A stretch of DNA of 64,000 nt, taken from the NCBI GenBank assembly GCA_918234285.1, contig CAKJXZ020000012.1:1-64000 (forward strand). Reading direction: 5' to 3'. The stretch is from Pseudomonadota bacterium (lineage in GTDB: Bacteria > Pseudomonadota > Alphaproteobacteria > RF32 > CAG-239). The notes below the pieces were generated by a model. That model saw only the letters and a program-made list of their open reading frames with translations. It searched no databases and was not told the DNA's origin. Below, piece after piece: positions 43,701-51,269 of this stretch; position 1 is the stretch's first letter; the number at the start of each line of letters is the position of its first letter. Position numbers and translations under genes: made by a program.

Positions 43701-45169
43701 ACAACCAAGCTACTTACGGTAGCGGCGGTATGTGGGCTAAAAAGAAGACTGATGATGGCAAGACATATGCTGCTGACTTCGGTGGTACAGGCTTGAGCGT
43801 TAGCCAATTGGATCCTTCAGATCCTACAAGTGTGATTGCTTCTGCAGGTGTCAGCGAAACCGGTCTGTGGACTCAGAGCGACAGCAAGAAATCATCATAT
43901 GGCAACGATGGTTTGTGGATTGGAAACAAAGCTGAAACAGCATTTGCAAGCCTCAACGAAAAAGCCTTATACATTACGGATGGTACCGATACATCCAACA
44001 TTGGTTTGGACGGTATTTACACTAGCCAAAACATCTCTGCTGCAGGCAACTCTTATGTTGGCGGCAACTCGCAAGTTGACGGTGTTGCCACCTTCGGTAA
44101 GGAGGCCGGTAAGCAAGTTGTTATTGACAGCGGTGACGTAACTGCTGATGGTAAGGTTAAAGGTAAAGACCTCGAGGCTACCAACAGCTTCACCTTGGCC
44201 GGTACTCAGGTTCACTCGATTGATACCGGTGCCGCTAAGTCTGCTCCGTCTGCCGACGCGTTGGCTACAACGGCTTCGATCTATCGTAATGCTGAAGATG
44301 GTTTGTATACACCGGCTTCCGGTACATACACCACGGCTAATGCCGCAACCATCAACGAAGCTTTCGAGGCTTTGGACAATATTGTTGGTAACTTCCCGGA
44401 TGGTTTGAATTATGAAAACCACAACCTCGACAATGGCGGTAAGGCTACTCCGGAAACCATTGTTGATGCCTTCAACAATATTGATGCTACTTTGGGTACC
44501 ATCCACGGCTTGGCAGCTAAACGCGGCGCTGACTACAAGGGCAACCTTGCAGAAGGTACCACGGTTGAGATGCACTTGTCCGCTTTGGATGACTCCATCG
44601 GCGATCGTACAACCATTACTAACGAAAACGGTTCGAACGGTTATGCGTTCTCTACCGATACGATGTATGTGGCTGACGTTCTGACCGATCTGGCTTCGCA
44701 AATCGGCACTGCCGGTGAGTTGGATGCTGCTAAGTTTAACGGCGTAAGCAAAGATAACACCGTTAATGCTAACATCGCTGCTCTTAACAACACCATCGGT
44801 GATGTATCCGAATTGCAAGAGACCACATACGCTCAAGGCGACACAATTGTTGACTCGATTAAGAGTGTTGACAACAAGTTGGGTAACTTGGATACACGTA
44901 TGGAAAGAGCTGAACGTGACTTGAAGGATGTTCACCACGAATTGCGTAGAGGTATGGCTTCCATGGCTGCTATGTCGGCTTTGGTACCGAACTCTCGCTC
45001 GACTGGTAAGACATCGTTGTCTCTCGGTACGGGTGCTTACAGCGGACATGGCGCTGTTGCAGTCGGTGGTTTCCACTATCTGACAGACAACTTGATGTTT
45101 AATGCGGGCGCCGCATGGAGCAACAGCCGCGATGCTGTTTACCGTGTAGGCTTAACGTATTCATTCTAA
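31724..45169 (+). CDS. Giant trimeric autotransporter adhesin (YadA-like anchor), 4481 aa
   Basis: C-terminal coiled coil plus RRGMASMAAMSAL...SLGTGAY...YRVGLTYSF anchor; A/T/G/N/D-rich repetitive passenger; N-terminal signal peptide. Confidence 0.95.
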   Translation: MKYSKSAIGLLTAQYRSVLKKCWMINVGLFALGAALLTATPAEAADPLANQIVVRTDGPIAKYGEPSTTIIGADVALSTITLTDSVIKAGLGMTSGLKARYDESGNEIASYYAKAADYTTTDDLIAGYVSKGNNDSDWYKLLNGSEQFNTLNVKGTNLTTAGGVLNIDNAARVKNTLSITDGANTGTLQLYDGTLGSASFKTNNLYIGSSTTAVDGVASTVDDVSTHANYLVTNGAVNTAISAAKTAAGVYTSADHMQDSGAIFAGKTTFTAAMDEAGKQITANASKINTLMGDDTGSVNQKIASAFTDHTTTNIVATGTDSGKLVTSGAVAAKIADAQSEAGTYTSATGMQASGKIFNGKITFTAAMDEAGAQIMANASNIATNTSDIATLNGTGAGSVDNKIINQAKDAGYTFSGTTVTKTIGAAIKDNADAIEVLNGDAAGSVNKKITDQAQSATFTDDAGTGAHTSIAGATTINAAIKNVAGAVDTNTQAITDLGKSRDTAGSIKNTVRTEAADADYDASATYSTGTIGNAIKTNADNIATHTTALADLALSDGTKPTGITVQQAIDSARTGETGKTLNVGENASEIVIGKTTTAYLDMNTAATGAGAGDVALKTNGDGISTGLAMAKDGTIKLGRLTGGTTLTNGIEISGNTIKFSGADASSTTDDASITNGALTANSATLNSLTLGSTPVTGVSTAAAISTAPAANDTLATTSAVYNTVKGVTDTLETYATKLEVFGDATHAADLGKDAATVNLGAAGSTTAINIGDNANGAGIAIANPTTGAKTASLKVKGDGGDNGVFATATGAKLGKSISSTNFDGVSFVEGTGTNTGTVTIGDSTKNVQFLNGGVTATGGIQGATLKATAATGGLNLNGTIADSIDNDGTAPTAGGKSTKILASTATVYNAMTKATTDAQAYTPAAAVDGTDADPKIFHGINKVTDALDKAGVKIQTNTGNIAANTTKLDGLKDYDNADAASVQAALSSYKTGLQTYATNAVTTGAQNATFTDSTTAHASVNGATTIKEAIWNVATAVDTNTTKLDGLVVETTDPATPVTVQNAINYAKKQAGAYTPNATVPEGVTNIYSGVTTVTGGLDAVGTAAMANTASINTLNADASNANSVKGMIKANASAATYTESTDETTIGGAIKANANKIATLNGTGTGSVDKKITDQAENATFTDSATAHTSVNGATTIGGAIQNIAGATDANTAKLAGLGDQTVVQAIAAAGTAADGKYVAKTYLDNTKSGLTVDATAGSEKVTAYAKNGEYKTSAIEVAGTTIKLGTTTNNGAAGTAFAGLTLSNDGKTATFASADTSGAAKNVVVAAGNVTADGEVKAASFKIGDNDVTSIDSGAALSYAAAAADADKKVMATDATVINTVRALATTEVKNNANAIALLNEADTEDGSVLNSIKTKASSATYTASADPTTIGGAIKANADRLNSLKSAAYVDVTTTLPEGSDLTDPTTLKVNDEQINAWVGTEGAKLATVGTTYYVIGQKLLNVHQDLMDDGANKFSIARALGGTTENDTLISKVQDLAVAAPLGDSTVGASINANTTKLAGLNAGETANPTVQDAIDYAKGQAGVYTSATGMQDSGAIFEGKTTFTAAMDEAGAQITANKARFEGFASDTQTVAQYVTANAKDAIYTPAQEETTPGAGDAVPAVTIGEAIQANADDIAELIGSGEGSIDERIAKQAKDAGYTFDSQTGAITKTIGAAIKDNADAIDVLNGDDAGSVNKKIKDQASAATYTASDDATTIGGAIKANANKLAGLKKADQSAAATVQDAIESFADASEADLANVLNGTTKFTKAKIGDDWAVTENGRKRFTIRDTTTDEAIAVLDKAGTFSLNALSDTGSQQYFEVRNGSLNLQNNGKKVMMASAADHTFALYDGEGAATVNVDLTSGNITSNGTLTLKDATVGNQTLNAAKIKQITTNQTNIGDMSQLHGSDNAMVNRDDNDNPDGAPTDIVSALNNISKSVGDVHGLKAKVAGGAYDTGSSTKYADGAGNLFAGSGTDDHLAELAASIGNRTYDSTVPYLHANESVATSLVALATNLKDVADDYVKQSYFDNGEPATGTNPGLISMGSGAKNIVIGKVNATAPDSAANIAIDTADATRSIKATVRNTENEEQTLTLDNTANAQGLEVAYNKYDNAGNPTATKKVVINKGVVTADDSLVASDTAAATSSTINSDGSATFVGANKTASIVDGTVTANKFAFDATHYATGIDNTGGVFTAAPADNYTIATTRTVYDNTTLLADATNGNYTAGSLISAMGTVDSAIGNRNYASTVPYLTANESVATSLTVLANNLKGVADNYVTKDYFNNGDTSGDATSNPNFKKISMGSGANDITIGGDNTNVVVDNAGKKITLTAAGTTTDTFTFDNTDGAVFSNVDGSTTKSVKIATGNVTADGDVIAAGSLIAGDKTGTAYAEVKSDGSATFKNGSKEVTIKNGDINADDIVSTSLSASVINGAKINGASITAGTIDFLAGGVAKSVDNAGKDVLASGTTIDEEGKELASTLTVKNTVQGAISVGAGVNYAAGTVKTAVADLDGAIADRKLYNNTKYANPGSLATDTPISLAQAIKNIDDNVYAKVGAVDFADTMHYVSSADTDLTKAIKSMDTNVFNAIGGLDNRFVTQAYFNGENGASGASSDVVMGRSASSIQIGAQNFSGTGPTGLNSGIQIDVTRSGTGSITDSTISIGTNGNSSFDGIQVSSNGTNVVIGNSAANGDKVTFAGGAVTATGAVQTTELKLAKTETGSTTPTITSADSIDNAGTVMTAAPTDGKTLASTLTVYNNIQDATVFKAAEVPATAHNYAAGDTVKQAIASLDNVAGDRQVYRSSHYANPASTDISLANAIKNLDTEVYTIANDYVKISYFNNGEPDQIDNGSGTMVDNPNAGLISMGSGSTTIQIGKVDATSGLNGIIINNTAGGDKTIKIGNNTDNVTVNGGDLTATGKVIANAVEAATSMKIGTSEATLFDNATAAITASVAGADGAEKKMANVAEVYNTVKTNAEEADYTKGGTTTTIGAAIKANTDEIAKRDVSISTAKVGNVEGVELVTVTDGTDTATTLTSTGLATFFDKKQIWLNKELGIDSGDLTGNPYHTAFNGAFNLTNDADTTMTGAIMELDSSIGNRKLYNNTQYANPGSAAGDDPIDVATAIQNMDTNIYAKMGDVNFATDPAMHYVEASDNLTDAIKHIDTKVYNEISGLDDKYVTKAYFNNGELSTGTNPGLISMGSGASQINIGKTVPAGTPTSAVLDSGLSINNTTGDVMLGQISQVGSGATAKSVVETGVNVDNATHTASLISANGQSSINAVDVNQTTIKLGMTTTDTNGNPLFSGVSINNGVMTNANPTNANKKSTVSSDAVVVTDGSSTSSMAASGMAVAGATGTTLIGAGAISASDGAGNVTGISTTGVSVTDGSSTSLVAADAMAVMKGNDSSSMSATGVTIKDNSGNSNTINKSGMTVADSQGNTAAVTTTSMSVANGSKKAEMTTDAISITDGNNTTSITAGSVTTKEVIAEKFAFNDTDYATGIDAGNDVNGGSAVVDGHTIATTATVKASVDGMVADIKKEIHGDQNDSTVPVTLGDYSDTVVVGSSSVDAVSHERTLWSGMEIDTTRDATSGDVTNREVTLAAIIDDDNGVEVDLDAANQTIELTAAGKDTNNKDSETGVKIDNKNQKITLSSTDEASENTTGIEISNKDGTIAISSANDDDHTASGLTIVNDKASGKHTIDLAYTEKDNNVTSTYGLSIDGDNQTYSLGSETATSSSGLDINANTSVYTLGKSTISGTTKTLDYGMTMDAANGVTTFAASDGEGVTMNKGDMTVTSSATVGSETGGVLSGVKLDKSGTAQASESVTVGQVKADGSLDGNGVQMKNDGSAKFSATEGAVTVEKGGVIADNNVTVGDKSGDNYIDMAKQTDGSLKATFASADGNVEIAGGNVTADNKVTANDIEAKNSIFVGDPAGEIAALYKKGLVAVKDADNQATYGSGGMWAKKKTDDGKTYAADFGGTGLSVSQLDPSDPTSVIASAGVSETGLWTQSDSKKSSYGNDGLWIGNKAETAFASLNEKALYITDGTDTSNIGLDGIYTSQNISAAGNSYVGGNSQVDGVATFGKEAGKQVVIDSGDVTADGKVKGKDLEATNSFTLAGTQVHSIDTGAAKSAPSADALATTASIYRNAEDGLYTPASGTYTTANAATINEAFEALDNIVGNFPDGLNYENHNLDNGGKATPETIVDAFNNIDATLGTIHGLAAKRGADYKGNLAEGTTVEMHLSALDDSIGDRTTITNENGSNGYAFSTDTMYVADVLTDLASQIGTAGELDAAKFNGVSKDNTVNANIAALNNTIGDVSELQETTYAQGDTIVDSIKSVDNKLGNLDTRMERAERDLKDVHHELRRGMASMAAMSALVPNSRSTGKTSLSLGTGAYSGHGAVAVGGFHYLTDNLMFNAGAAWSNSRDAVYRVGLTYSF

Positions 45170-45184
45170 TTTTAGTCTGAAACA

Positions 45185-45220
45185 AAAAATGCGGGGAGGG
45201 GAAACTCTCCCCGTGTTTTT
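45185..45220 (+). terminator. Terminator after the adhesin
   Basis: gcggggag...ctccccgt stem followed by a T run. Confidence 0.75.
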
Positions 45221-45236
45221 GAAAGAAGAGGTTATT

Positions 45237-45845
45237 ATGAGTCGTAAAAATAAAACAACGTCAATATCACAACAAGCTTTGTTTGAAACAACGGAAACAG
45301 CCGTTGCTCCGGCAGAACAAACTCCGGCTCCGGCTTTGCCGAAAATATCGGACCGTGGTTTTAAGCGGATTATTATACTGGTGTTGGCGCTGTTATTGAT
45401 TACCAACGTTTTTTCAATGTATAAAATACATAAATTGGAAAAAGCGGTTGATCATGACAGTAAAGTCTATGTTTATAGTATGGAAAACGTTTTGCTCTTA
45501 GCCGGGATGGCTGACGAAAACAAACAACATCAGATAGAAATGGATAAACTGGGAAAAGAAATTGATGCCGCACAGAAAAAACTCAACGGCATTAAAGATA
45601 AAAAGCTGAAACAGGAATATTCGGAAGTCTATATGAAGTCGCTGACGCTCAAACGCGATACTTTAGTGGAAACGCACGAAAAGTTTATGGCGAATTTGCT
45701 GAAAAACGTCAATCGTGCACTTTTGAGCGTAACCGCAAAGTATAAGGCACCGACCATCTATACGGCCAAATCAATTGCCGTGCATACACCGAATGTGATT
45801 GATGTGACAGATGAGATTTCACAGTATCTGAAAGATAATATGTAA
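45237..45845 (+). CDS. OmpH/Skp-like protein with N-terminal membrane anchor
   Basis: TM helix, KVYVYSMENVL strand-helix, long coiled coil, C-terminal VIDVTDEI typical of OmpH. Confidence 0.65.
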   Translation: MSRKNKTTSISQQALFETTETAVAPAEQTPAPALPKISDRGFKRIIILVLALLLITNVFSMYKIHKLEKAVDHDSKVYVYSMENVLLLAGMADENKQHQIEMDKLGKEIDAAQKKLNGIKDKKLKQEYSEVYMKSLTLKRDTLVETHEKFMANLLKNVNRALLSVTAKYKAPTIYTAKSIAVHTPNVIDVTDEISQYLKDNM

Positions 45846-45956
45846 TCTCGTCAACATATTCCAAGTTGCTTAAATACCCGCTTTTTGCGGGTATTAGAGT
45901 TTTAAAAGGTTGATTTTTTGCGTTTATGGCATAAAATAAAGGCAAGGAAAAGCAAA

Positions 45957-47069
45957 ATGGGATTTTGGATTGTTTATTTGCTCGTAGGAACGTTGTGCAG
46001 CACCGTCGGCGGTTACGCGCTGTCGGCAGATGCCGGCTATCCGTTTTGGGCTTCTGCGGGCATTTACGGCGCCTTTTTTGCGGCTTGGCTTGCCATGCCG
46101 GCGATTTGGTATTGGCAACATCGGAGCACTTTGCCGCCGCGATTGTATAAATTTGTTTTTCGTGCCGGCTATCTGCTGTTCGGAGTTGCATTTGTGCTGA
46201 CGGCTTTATTGGTGCTGCGTAATATGGTGTGGTACGCTGCCTATATTTTCGGGCTGAATGTACCGTCGCCGTTCACGGAGTCGGCAGTGCGGGCGGCTAA
46301 TGCAATAACGTTGGCAATTACCGCACTGTGCTGTTTGTATGCGCTGCATGCCGCACAAAAGTTGCCGCGAGTGGTGCATTATGAATATCATGATGCGCGC
46401 ATTAAAAGGCCGCTGGCACTGTTAGTAATTTCCGATTGGCATATAAATCGGACGATTTCTCCACAAAAAGTAGCCGAACGCGTGGCCCTGTTCAATAATC
46501 TTAAGCCAGATGTTATTCTAATGCCCGGCGATATTGCCGACGATACTCCGGAGATAATGCGCGAACAATTAAATGCGCTGAAAAAACTGCGTGCACCGCT
46601 CGGTATTTATTATACCGTCGGCAATCACGAAGCGTATAATTATGCGCCGGCATGGGAAGCCGCATTTGCCGCTCTCGGATGGCGAGTTTTGCACAACAGC
46701 GGAGTATCGGTTGAAGACTGCGGAATCTATATCGGAGGTGTGCCGGACGCAAGCACTTTCGGTGTCAGTGCCGGACAGGCGCTCAGACAGGCCGCGTCGG
46801 AACAATATAGGATTTTGCTCTCGCATACACCGACGATTATGGCACAAACAGAAGATATTTCTGTTGATTTGGTGGTGGCGGGACATACCCACGGCGGGCA
46901 GATTTTTCCGTTTAATTTTTTAACCAAATTCGGGAACAGCGGCTTTGTCGCCGGAGAATATCGGCAACACAATACCGTTTTACTGGTTTCGCGCGGAGCC
47001 GGCTATTGGGGACCGCCGCTGCGCCTGTTTGCTCCGAGCGATGTTTTGATGGTAGAGCTGCGGCCATAA
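45957..47069 (+). CDS. Membrane-bound metallophosphoesterase (YkuE-like)
   Basis: N-terminal TM helices; SDWH, GD, GNHE, LLSHTP, AGHTHGGQ, VSRG. Confidence 0.9.
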   Translation: MGFWIVYLLVGTLCSTVGGYALSADAGYPFWASAGIYGAFFAAWLAMPAIWYWQHRSTLPPRLYKFVFRAGYLLFGVAFVLTALLVLRNMVWYAAYIFGLNVPSPFTESAVRAANAITLAITALCCLYALHAAQKLPRVVHYEYHDARIKRPLALLVISDWHINRTISPQKVAERVALFNNLKPDVILMPGDIADDTPEIMREQLNALKKLRAPLGIYYTVGNHEAYNYAPAWEAAFAALGWRVLHNSGVSVEDCGIYIGGVPDASTFGVSAGQALRQAASEQYRILLSHTPTIMAQTEDISVDLVVAGHTHGGQIFPFNFLTKFGNSGFVAGEYRQHNTVLLVSRGAGYWGPPLRLFAPSDVLMVELRP

Positions 47070-47134
47070 AAACACGTTAACGATATTTTAGAGAATCCGT
47101 TGTATTTTATAGAAAAAATTACGGGAGATTTGGT

Positions 47135-47719
47135 ATGAAAAAAATCATTGTTATTTTGGGTTGTGCCGTATTTTTGCTGAGCGCTTGCGGTAAAAAAGAT
47201 GAGGATAAGCAGAAAAAAACGGCGACAACAACAGAAGTATCTGAAGTAATTTCGGCCGAAGAAATTGATGTTTTGGCTGAGGAAGAAGTCGCTCCGGTCA
47301 GCGTTTATGAAGACGAATTTACCAAAAAAGTCGGCGGCGATGCACAAATATTCAAGAAGGAGTTCAAGAAACTCAGCGAACCGCAACAGTATTATTTTTG
47401 CGCCGCATTTGCCATGGGGGCGATGTCGGTGGCCAAACCGATTACCGCTTCGGCAATGGTCAACTATTTCCTGGGCTTGGGGGTTAACCAATATAACGTC
47501 GGTATCAACGACGATACGTACATGACTTTTAATGCCGGTAAGAATTCGTTTTTGCACGAAGAATTGGTTAATGTCATTTTACAGGATAAAATCTGCGAAG
47601 ATATGATTAATTCCGCCACCGATTATGCCGTAAAAAACAACAAGAGCGTGGCCGATTTGGATAAGCTCGGCCAAGTCGAAGTGGAAAAAGTGGTGAAATA
47701 CATTCAGGATATGCAATAG
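47135..47719 (+). CDS. Hypothetical lipoprotein
   Basis: Lipobox LSAC. Confidence 0.8.
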   Translation: MKKIIVILGCAVFLLSACGKKDEDKQKKTATTTEVSEVISAEEIDVLAEEEVAPVSVYEDEFTKKVGGDAQIFKKEFKKLSEPQQYYFCAAFAMGAMSVAKPITASAMVNYFLGLGVNQYNVGINDDTYMTFNAGKNSFLHEELVNVILQDKICEDMINSATDYAVKNNKSVADLDKLGQVEVEKVVKYIQDMQ

Positions 47720-47902
47720 ACCTGATATTATCGTCAGAACAGGGCTTCGCGTGCATATTGCCGCGGAGCTTTTTTATATTTCAAAGGTATACGGCCGAGA
47801 GAGCTGTGCAAAAGTCAAATAAGTGTGGTAATTAATAATATATTAAGATATATATGATTTAGTATATGCGAAGGCATACAACTAAATGAAAGGATCCTTA
47901 AT

Positions 47903-48505
47903 ATGAAAAAAATTTTATTGTTAGCCGGTGTCGCCGCATTGTTTGCCTCTAATGCTTCGGCATCAATGTTTACTCCGTATTTGTCGGCTAAGGTTAAGTA
48001 TGACTTTGTTGATAGTACCGTAAAGTACGAAAAAAGCGATCTTGACCATAGAATCAATATGGATAAAGATGTTTTTGCCGGCAGCGTTGCATTCGGTTTG
48101 CGTCCGGAAGCTCTTCCGGCACTTCGCGGCGAATTGGAATACAACCACAACAAGACCATTAAAAAGACGGTTGACGATGGTTCTGCCAGAACGGAAATTC
48201 ACTATGTTTTGCTCAATATGTACTATGATTACATAACTTGCACTCCGTTTACACCGTACCTCGGCGTCGGCTTGGGCGGTTCGAGCATAAAATACTCGGT
48301 TGAAGACCAAAGTGACCGTAACAACCGCTTTGCATGGCAAGTCGGTGCAGGTATTGCCTATGCTTTCAATACCAATATTTCGGCTGATGTAGGCTATCGT
48401 TTTGTTGATTTGGGCCACATGTCCAGAAATCACGATGGTGCTAAAACCAGAATTGATTCCAATGCTCACGAACTTTATCTCGGTTTGAGATATACGTTTG
48501 AATAA
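47903..48505 (+). CDS. Small outer-membrane beta-barrel protein (opacity/OmpA-like)
   Basis: Signal peptide, LRGELEY, NMYYD, TPYLGVGLG, FAWQVGAG, DVGYRF, C-terminal GLRYTF. Confidence 0.9.
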   Translation: MKKILLLAGVAALFASNASASMFTPYLSAKVKYDFVDSTVKYEKSDLDHRINMDKDVFAGSVAFGLRPEALPALRGELEYNHNKTIKKTVDDGSARTEIHYVLLNMYYDYITCTPFTPYLGVGLGGSSIKYSVEDQSDRNNRFAWQVGAGIAYAFNTNISADVGYRFVDLGHMSRNHDGAKTRIDSNAHELYLGLRYTFE

Positions 48506-48569
48506 GCGAAATTAACGCATAATTGCGATAAGGGACGGACTAGCTCCGCCCCTTTTTTGTTGCCGATAA

Positions 48570-49670
48570 ATAAGATTTTTCATTAATAAAACATTGGCGG
48601 GCTATCAATCCGGTCGCGGAGGGGTGGATAGCTACGGCGTAGACCACAGCGGTTTTACCACGCGCGATGAACTGGAATATCAAAGCGCGCGATTGGCCAG
48701 AGAAAATCAACTGGCGGAAGGTTTTGCTAAGCAAGGAATTGCCGAAGAAAACTACCCGCAGTATGGCACAAATTTTTGGGGTGGTTCGCCGGAAAATAAC
48801 TACGGCTTCGGCACTTCAAATATTAAGCAAAATATTGAAAATATTACAAACCGGTTGAACAACGGCGCAAACAGCGGGCAAGTCTTCGCAAATTCCGACC
48901 ATTCTGTCAACACCGAAAGCTTAGTCGGTCAACCAAGCAGTTATTTTCAAAATAATAGCTCTGCTTTTGTAAATAATAACACCAGCGGCTTAGGAAATAA
49001 CAATACAAGCGGTTTGAATAGTACTGCCACTGGCGGATTCAATAACGACAGCACAAAACTTAATCAAAATAACTTGAGCGAAAATGGTACGAGTGAGGTG
49101 GATACATTACAACAATCTCAACAATTATCACAAATTCCGGAATGGCAAAAACCAGCATACAGCTCTACACACATGTATGCGTGGCAGAGAAATAAGCAAC
49201 CACCCATATTGTGGCAAACTAATCAACAAGATATGCTTTCCCCCGGACGTGCAATTGATTATAAAAAATTGGCTGAGGGTATCTTGAATAACCAATCTGT
49301 ACAGCCAGATATGATACAACATGATAATCAAAAAGGATATAACATTCGAAACGATAATAATTATGAGTGGACAAACTCAGAACCTTATGATCGTGGAGGA
49401 GATATAATATCAGTGTACAATAATTTTAGAAAAATAAACACAGAAAACCCAATTATATCACCAACATCATCTGGAAACAAAGTTACGGATTTTGTTGTTA
49501 TACAAAGAATTAAAAAGTTGTATCCTCACTTGGCAAAAATGATAAGAGCATATGATTTAGGTTACAGAGGGGCAGGTTATTATGATAATTTAAAAAGAGC
49601 ATATCGCGAAAGTCACCGTTATGATAGAGTATTTTCTGATGAGGAACTTTTATCGTTGCAAAATCGGTAA
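48570..49670 (+). pseudogene. 5'-truncated (no ATG/RBS) polymorphic effector/toxin-like cassette 1
   Basis: Frame opens after TAA 48567; only a TTG at 48594 without RBS; conserved head, Asn/Ser-rich linker, low-GC C-terminal domain. Confidence 0.6.
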
Positions 49671-49811
49671 TATTTGATTACAATTACATAAACCCCAAAA
49701 ACAGAGAGTATGTAGCAGAATTTCTGCTTCTGCATATTGGGCACATATTAGGAATACTTCGCTACAACTCTCTGTTTTTTTTGAAAACTGGAAATATGCG
49801 GAGAGTGTAAT

Positions 49812-50285
49812 ATGAAAAATATTGATAAAGAAGTTTGTATATTCGGCGGTTGTTATTTTGCAAGCGAATATATCATTTATATTTTTACTGGATTTTTACA
49901 ATTTCTCATACAACATCTGCCGCAAAATTTGAATGCAATTTTTATTTTCTTGAGTGATGCTCTCACCATATTCTCCGGATTAATGTTTGTGCTGTTTGTG
50001 GTACTTTTATTACGGTATTTATTTACACAAAAGTCTTTATCGATTATTAGCAAAATTCACAACAAATTTCCGAAGATTTCGGTGTATTTGTATTATTTGG
50101 GGTATGCAGGTTATATTTTGCTTGCGCTGAATGTGTTGCTATTGATACCGCTTTATGCTATGAATTTGAGTGAAATTGTGCAAAATATCATCGTATGGAC
50201 ATTAACAGTCATTAATATTTTGGGATTATTATTCCCCCTTGTTTTTGCAAGTTATAAGGTATTTTACAAACCCAAAAGATGTTAG
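49812..50285 (+). CDS. Multi-pass membrane protein (putative immunity to cassette 1)
   Basis: About 4 hydrophobic helices, GGAG RBS, low GC. Confidence 0.75.
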   Translation: MKNIDKEVCIFGGCYFASEYIIYIFTGFLQFLIQHLPQNLNAIFIFLSDALTIFSGLMFVLFVVLLLRYLFTQKSLSIISKIHNKFPKISVYLYYLGYAGYILLALNVLLLIPLYAMNLSEIVQNIIVWTLTVINILGLLFPLVFASYKVFYKPKRC

Positions 50286-50294
50286 ATAGATTAA

Positions 50295-50975
50295 CTCAAT
50301 AACAGCGGATTTGGTAACGGTACAAATAACGGTCAAGTCTTTGCAAATTCTGATTATACCGTCAATACCGAAAGCCTAGTCGGCAAACCGAGCAGTTATT
50401 TTCAGAATGGTAATTCTGTTTTTGCAAATAACAATACCAGCAATTTGGAAAATAATAACACAAGCGGCGCTAATACAACAATAGGGCAACAGGATAATAA
50501 TGTAGGAAGTAATAATTCTATTGTTCAAAGTATTACTGCATTAAATCCGATTAATGCCGGTTATCAAATCGGACAGAAAATTGGTGAATTTGCTGCTGAT
50601 ACAAAGTTAGCATATGATTATTGGCAAAAGATGAATCAAACAGGAAACCAACTTGTTACAACGTTCGGTTCTGGACAAGGTGCTGATATAGATAATTATT
50701 ACCATCCATTATTACAGTGCGAATTAGCAAAAATAAGTCCGCAAAGTCGAAATAATGGTATTGCTTTGGGTTATGCTAAAGAGTATCTGATGGATTATCC
50801 TAAAAAGAGGTTTTTACAACACCAAAGCCATGATGAAATTATGAAAGATAGTAGAAAAGACTTGCAAAACAATCTTTATGGTAGTAACTTAGGGTATGAT
50901 AATCCAAGCAGAAGCTGTGAGGATTTGTTGGATGACAGAAGAACACCCAATATGCGCAAATTAGGCATAAAGTAA
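50295..50975 (+). pseudogene. Start-less orphan cassette 2: homology arm plus alternative C-terminal domain
   Basis: In-frame GQVFANSDYTVNTESLVGKPSSYFQN matches cassette 1; C-terminus has DNYYH...C...G..KE...D...DLQNN..G. Confidence 0.7.
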
Positions 50976-51030
50976 TTATCGAATGATATAGAGGGAGTTA
51001 ACGTTATTTAATCCCCTCTATATTTATTAC

Positions 51031-51249
51031 ATGGAATGTGTTAAAATGAAGAAAAATATATTAAAATCAATTCTGTATGTGGTTTATAAATGCGCATTGT
51101 ATTTTATTGTGGCAACTTTTATTGCCGTTCTTTTTATACAAATATTTTACCTCTATGAAGAAAACAAATTTATAGACGATTGTGTTAAAAAAGGAGATAC
51201 CCGGGAACATTGTCAGAGTATTTGGTCTGAAATAGATGCCTTAAATTAA
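51031..51249 (+). CDS. Small single-TM protein with a Cys pair (putative immunity)
   Basis: TM helix then FIDDCVKKGDTREHC; start may be ATG 51046. Confidence 0.65.
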   Translation: MECVKMKKNILKSILYVVYKCALYFIVATFIAVLFIQIFYLYEENKFIDDCVKKGDTREHCQSIWSEIDALN

Positions 51250-51269
51250 AATTATAGAGGAGGATTGTG

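Noticed and set aside
32104-45076. Long antisense ORFs inside the adhesin (e.g. 35630-37087, 40100-41581, 43967-45076)
   Set aside because: Shadow frames caused by the biased codon and amino-acid usage of the sense gene; no protein-like features.
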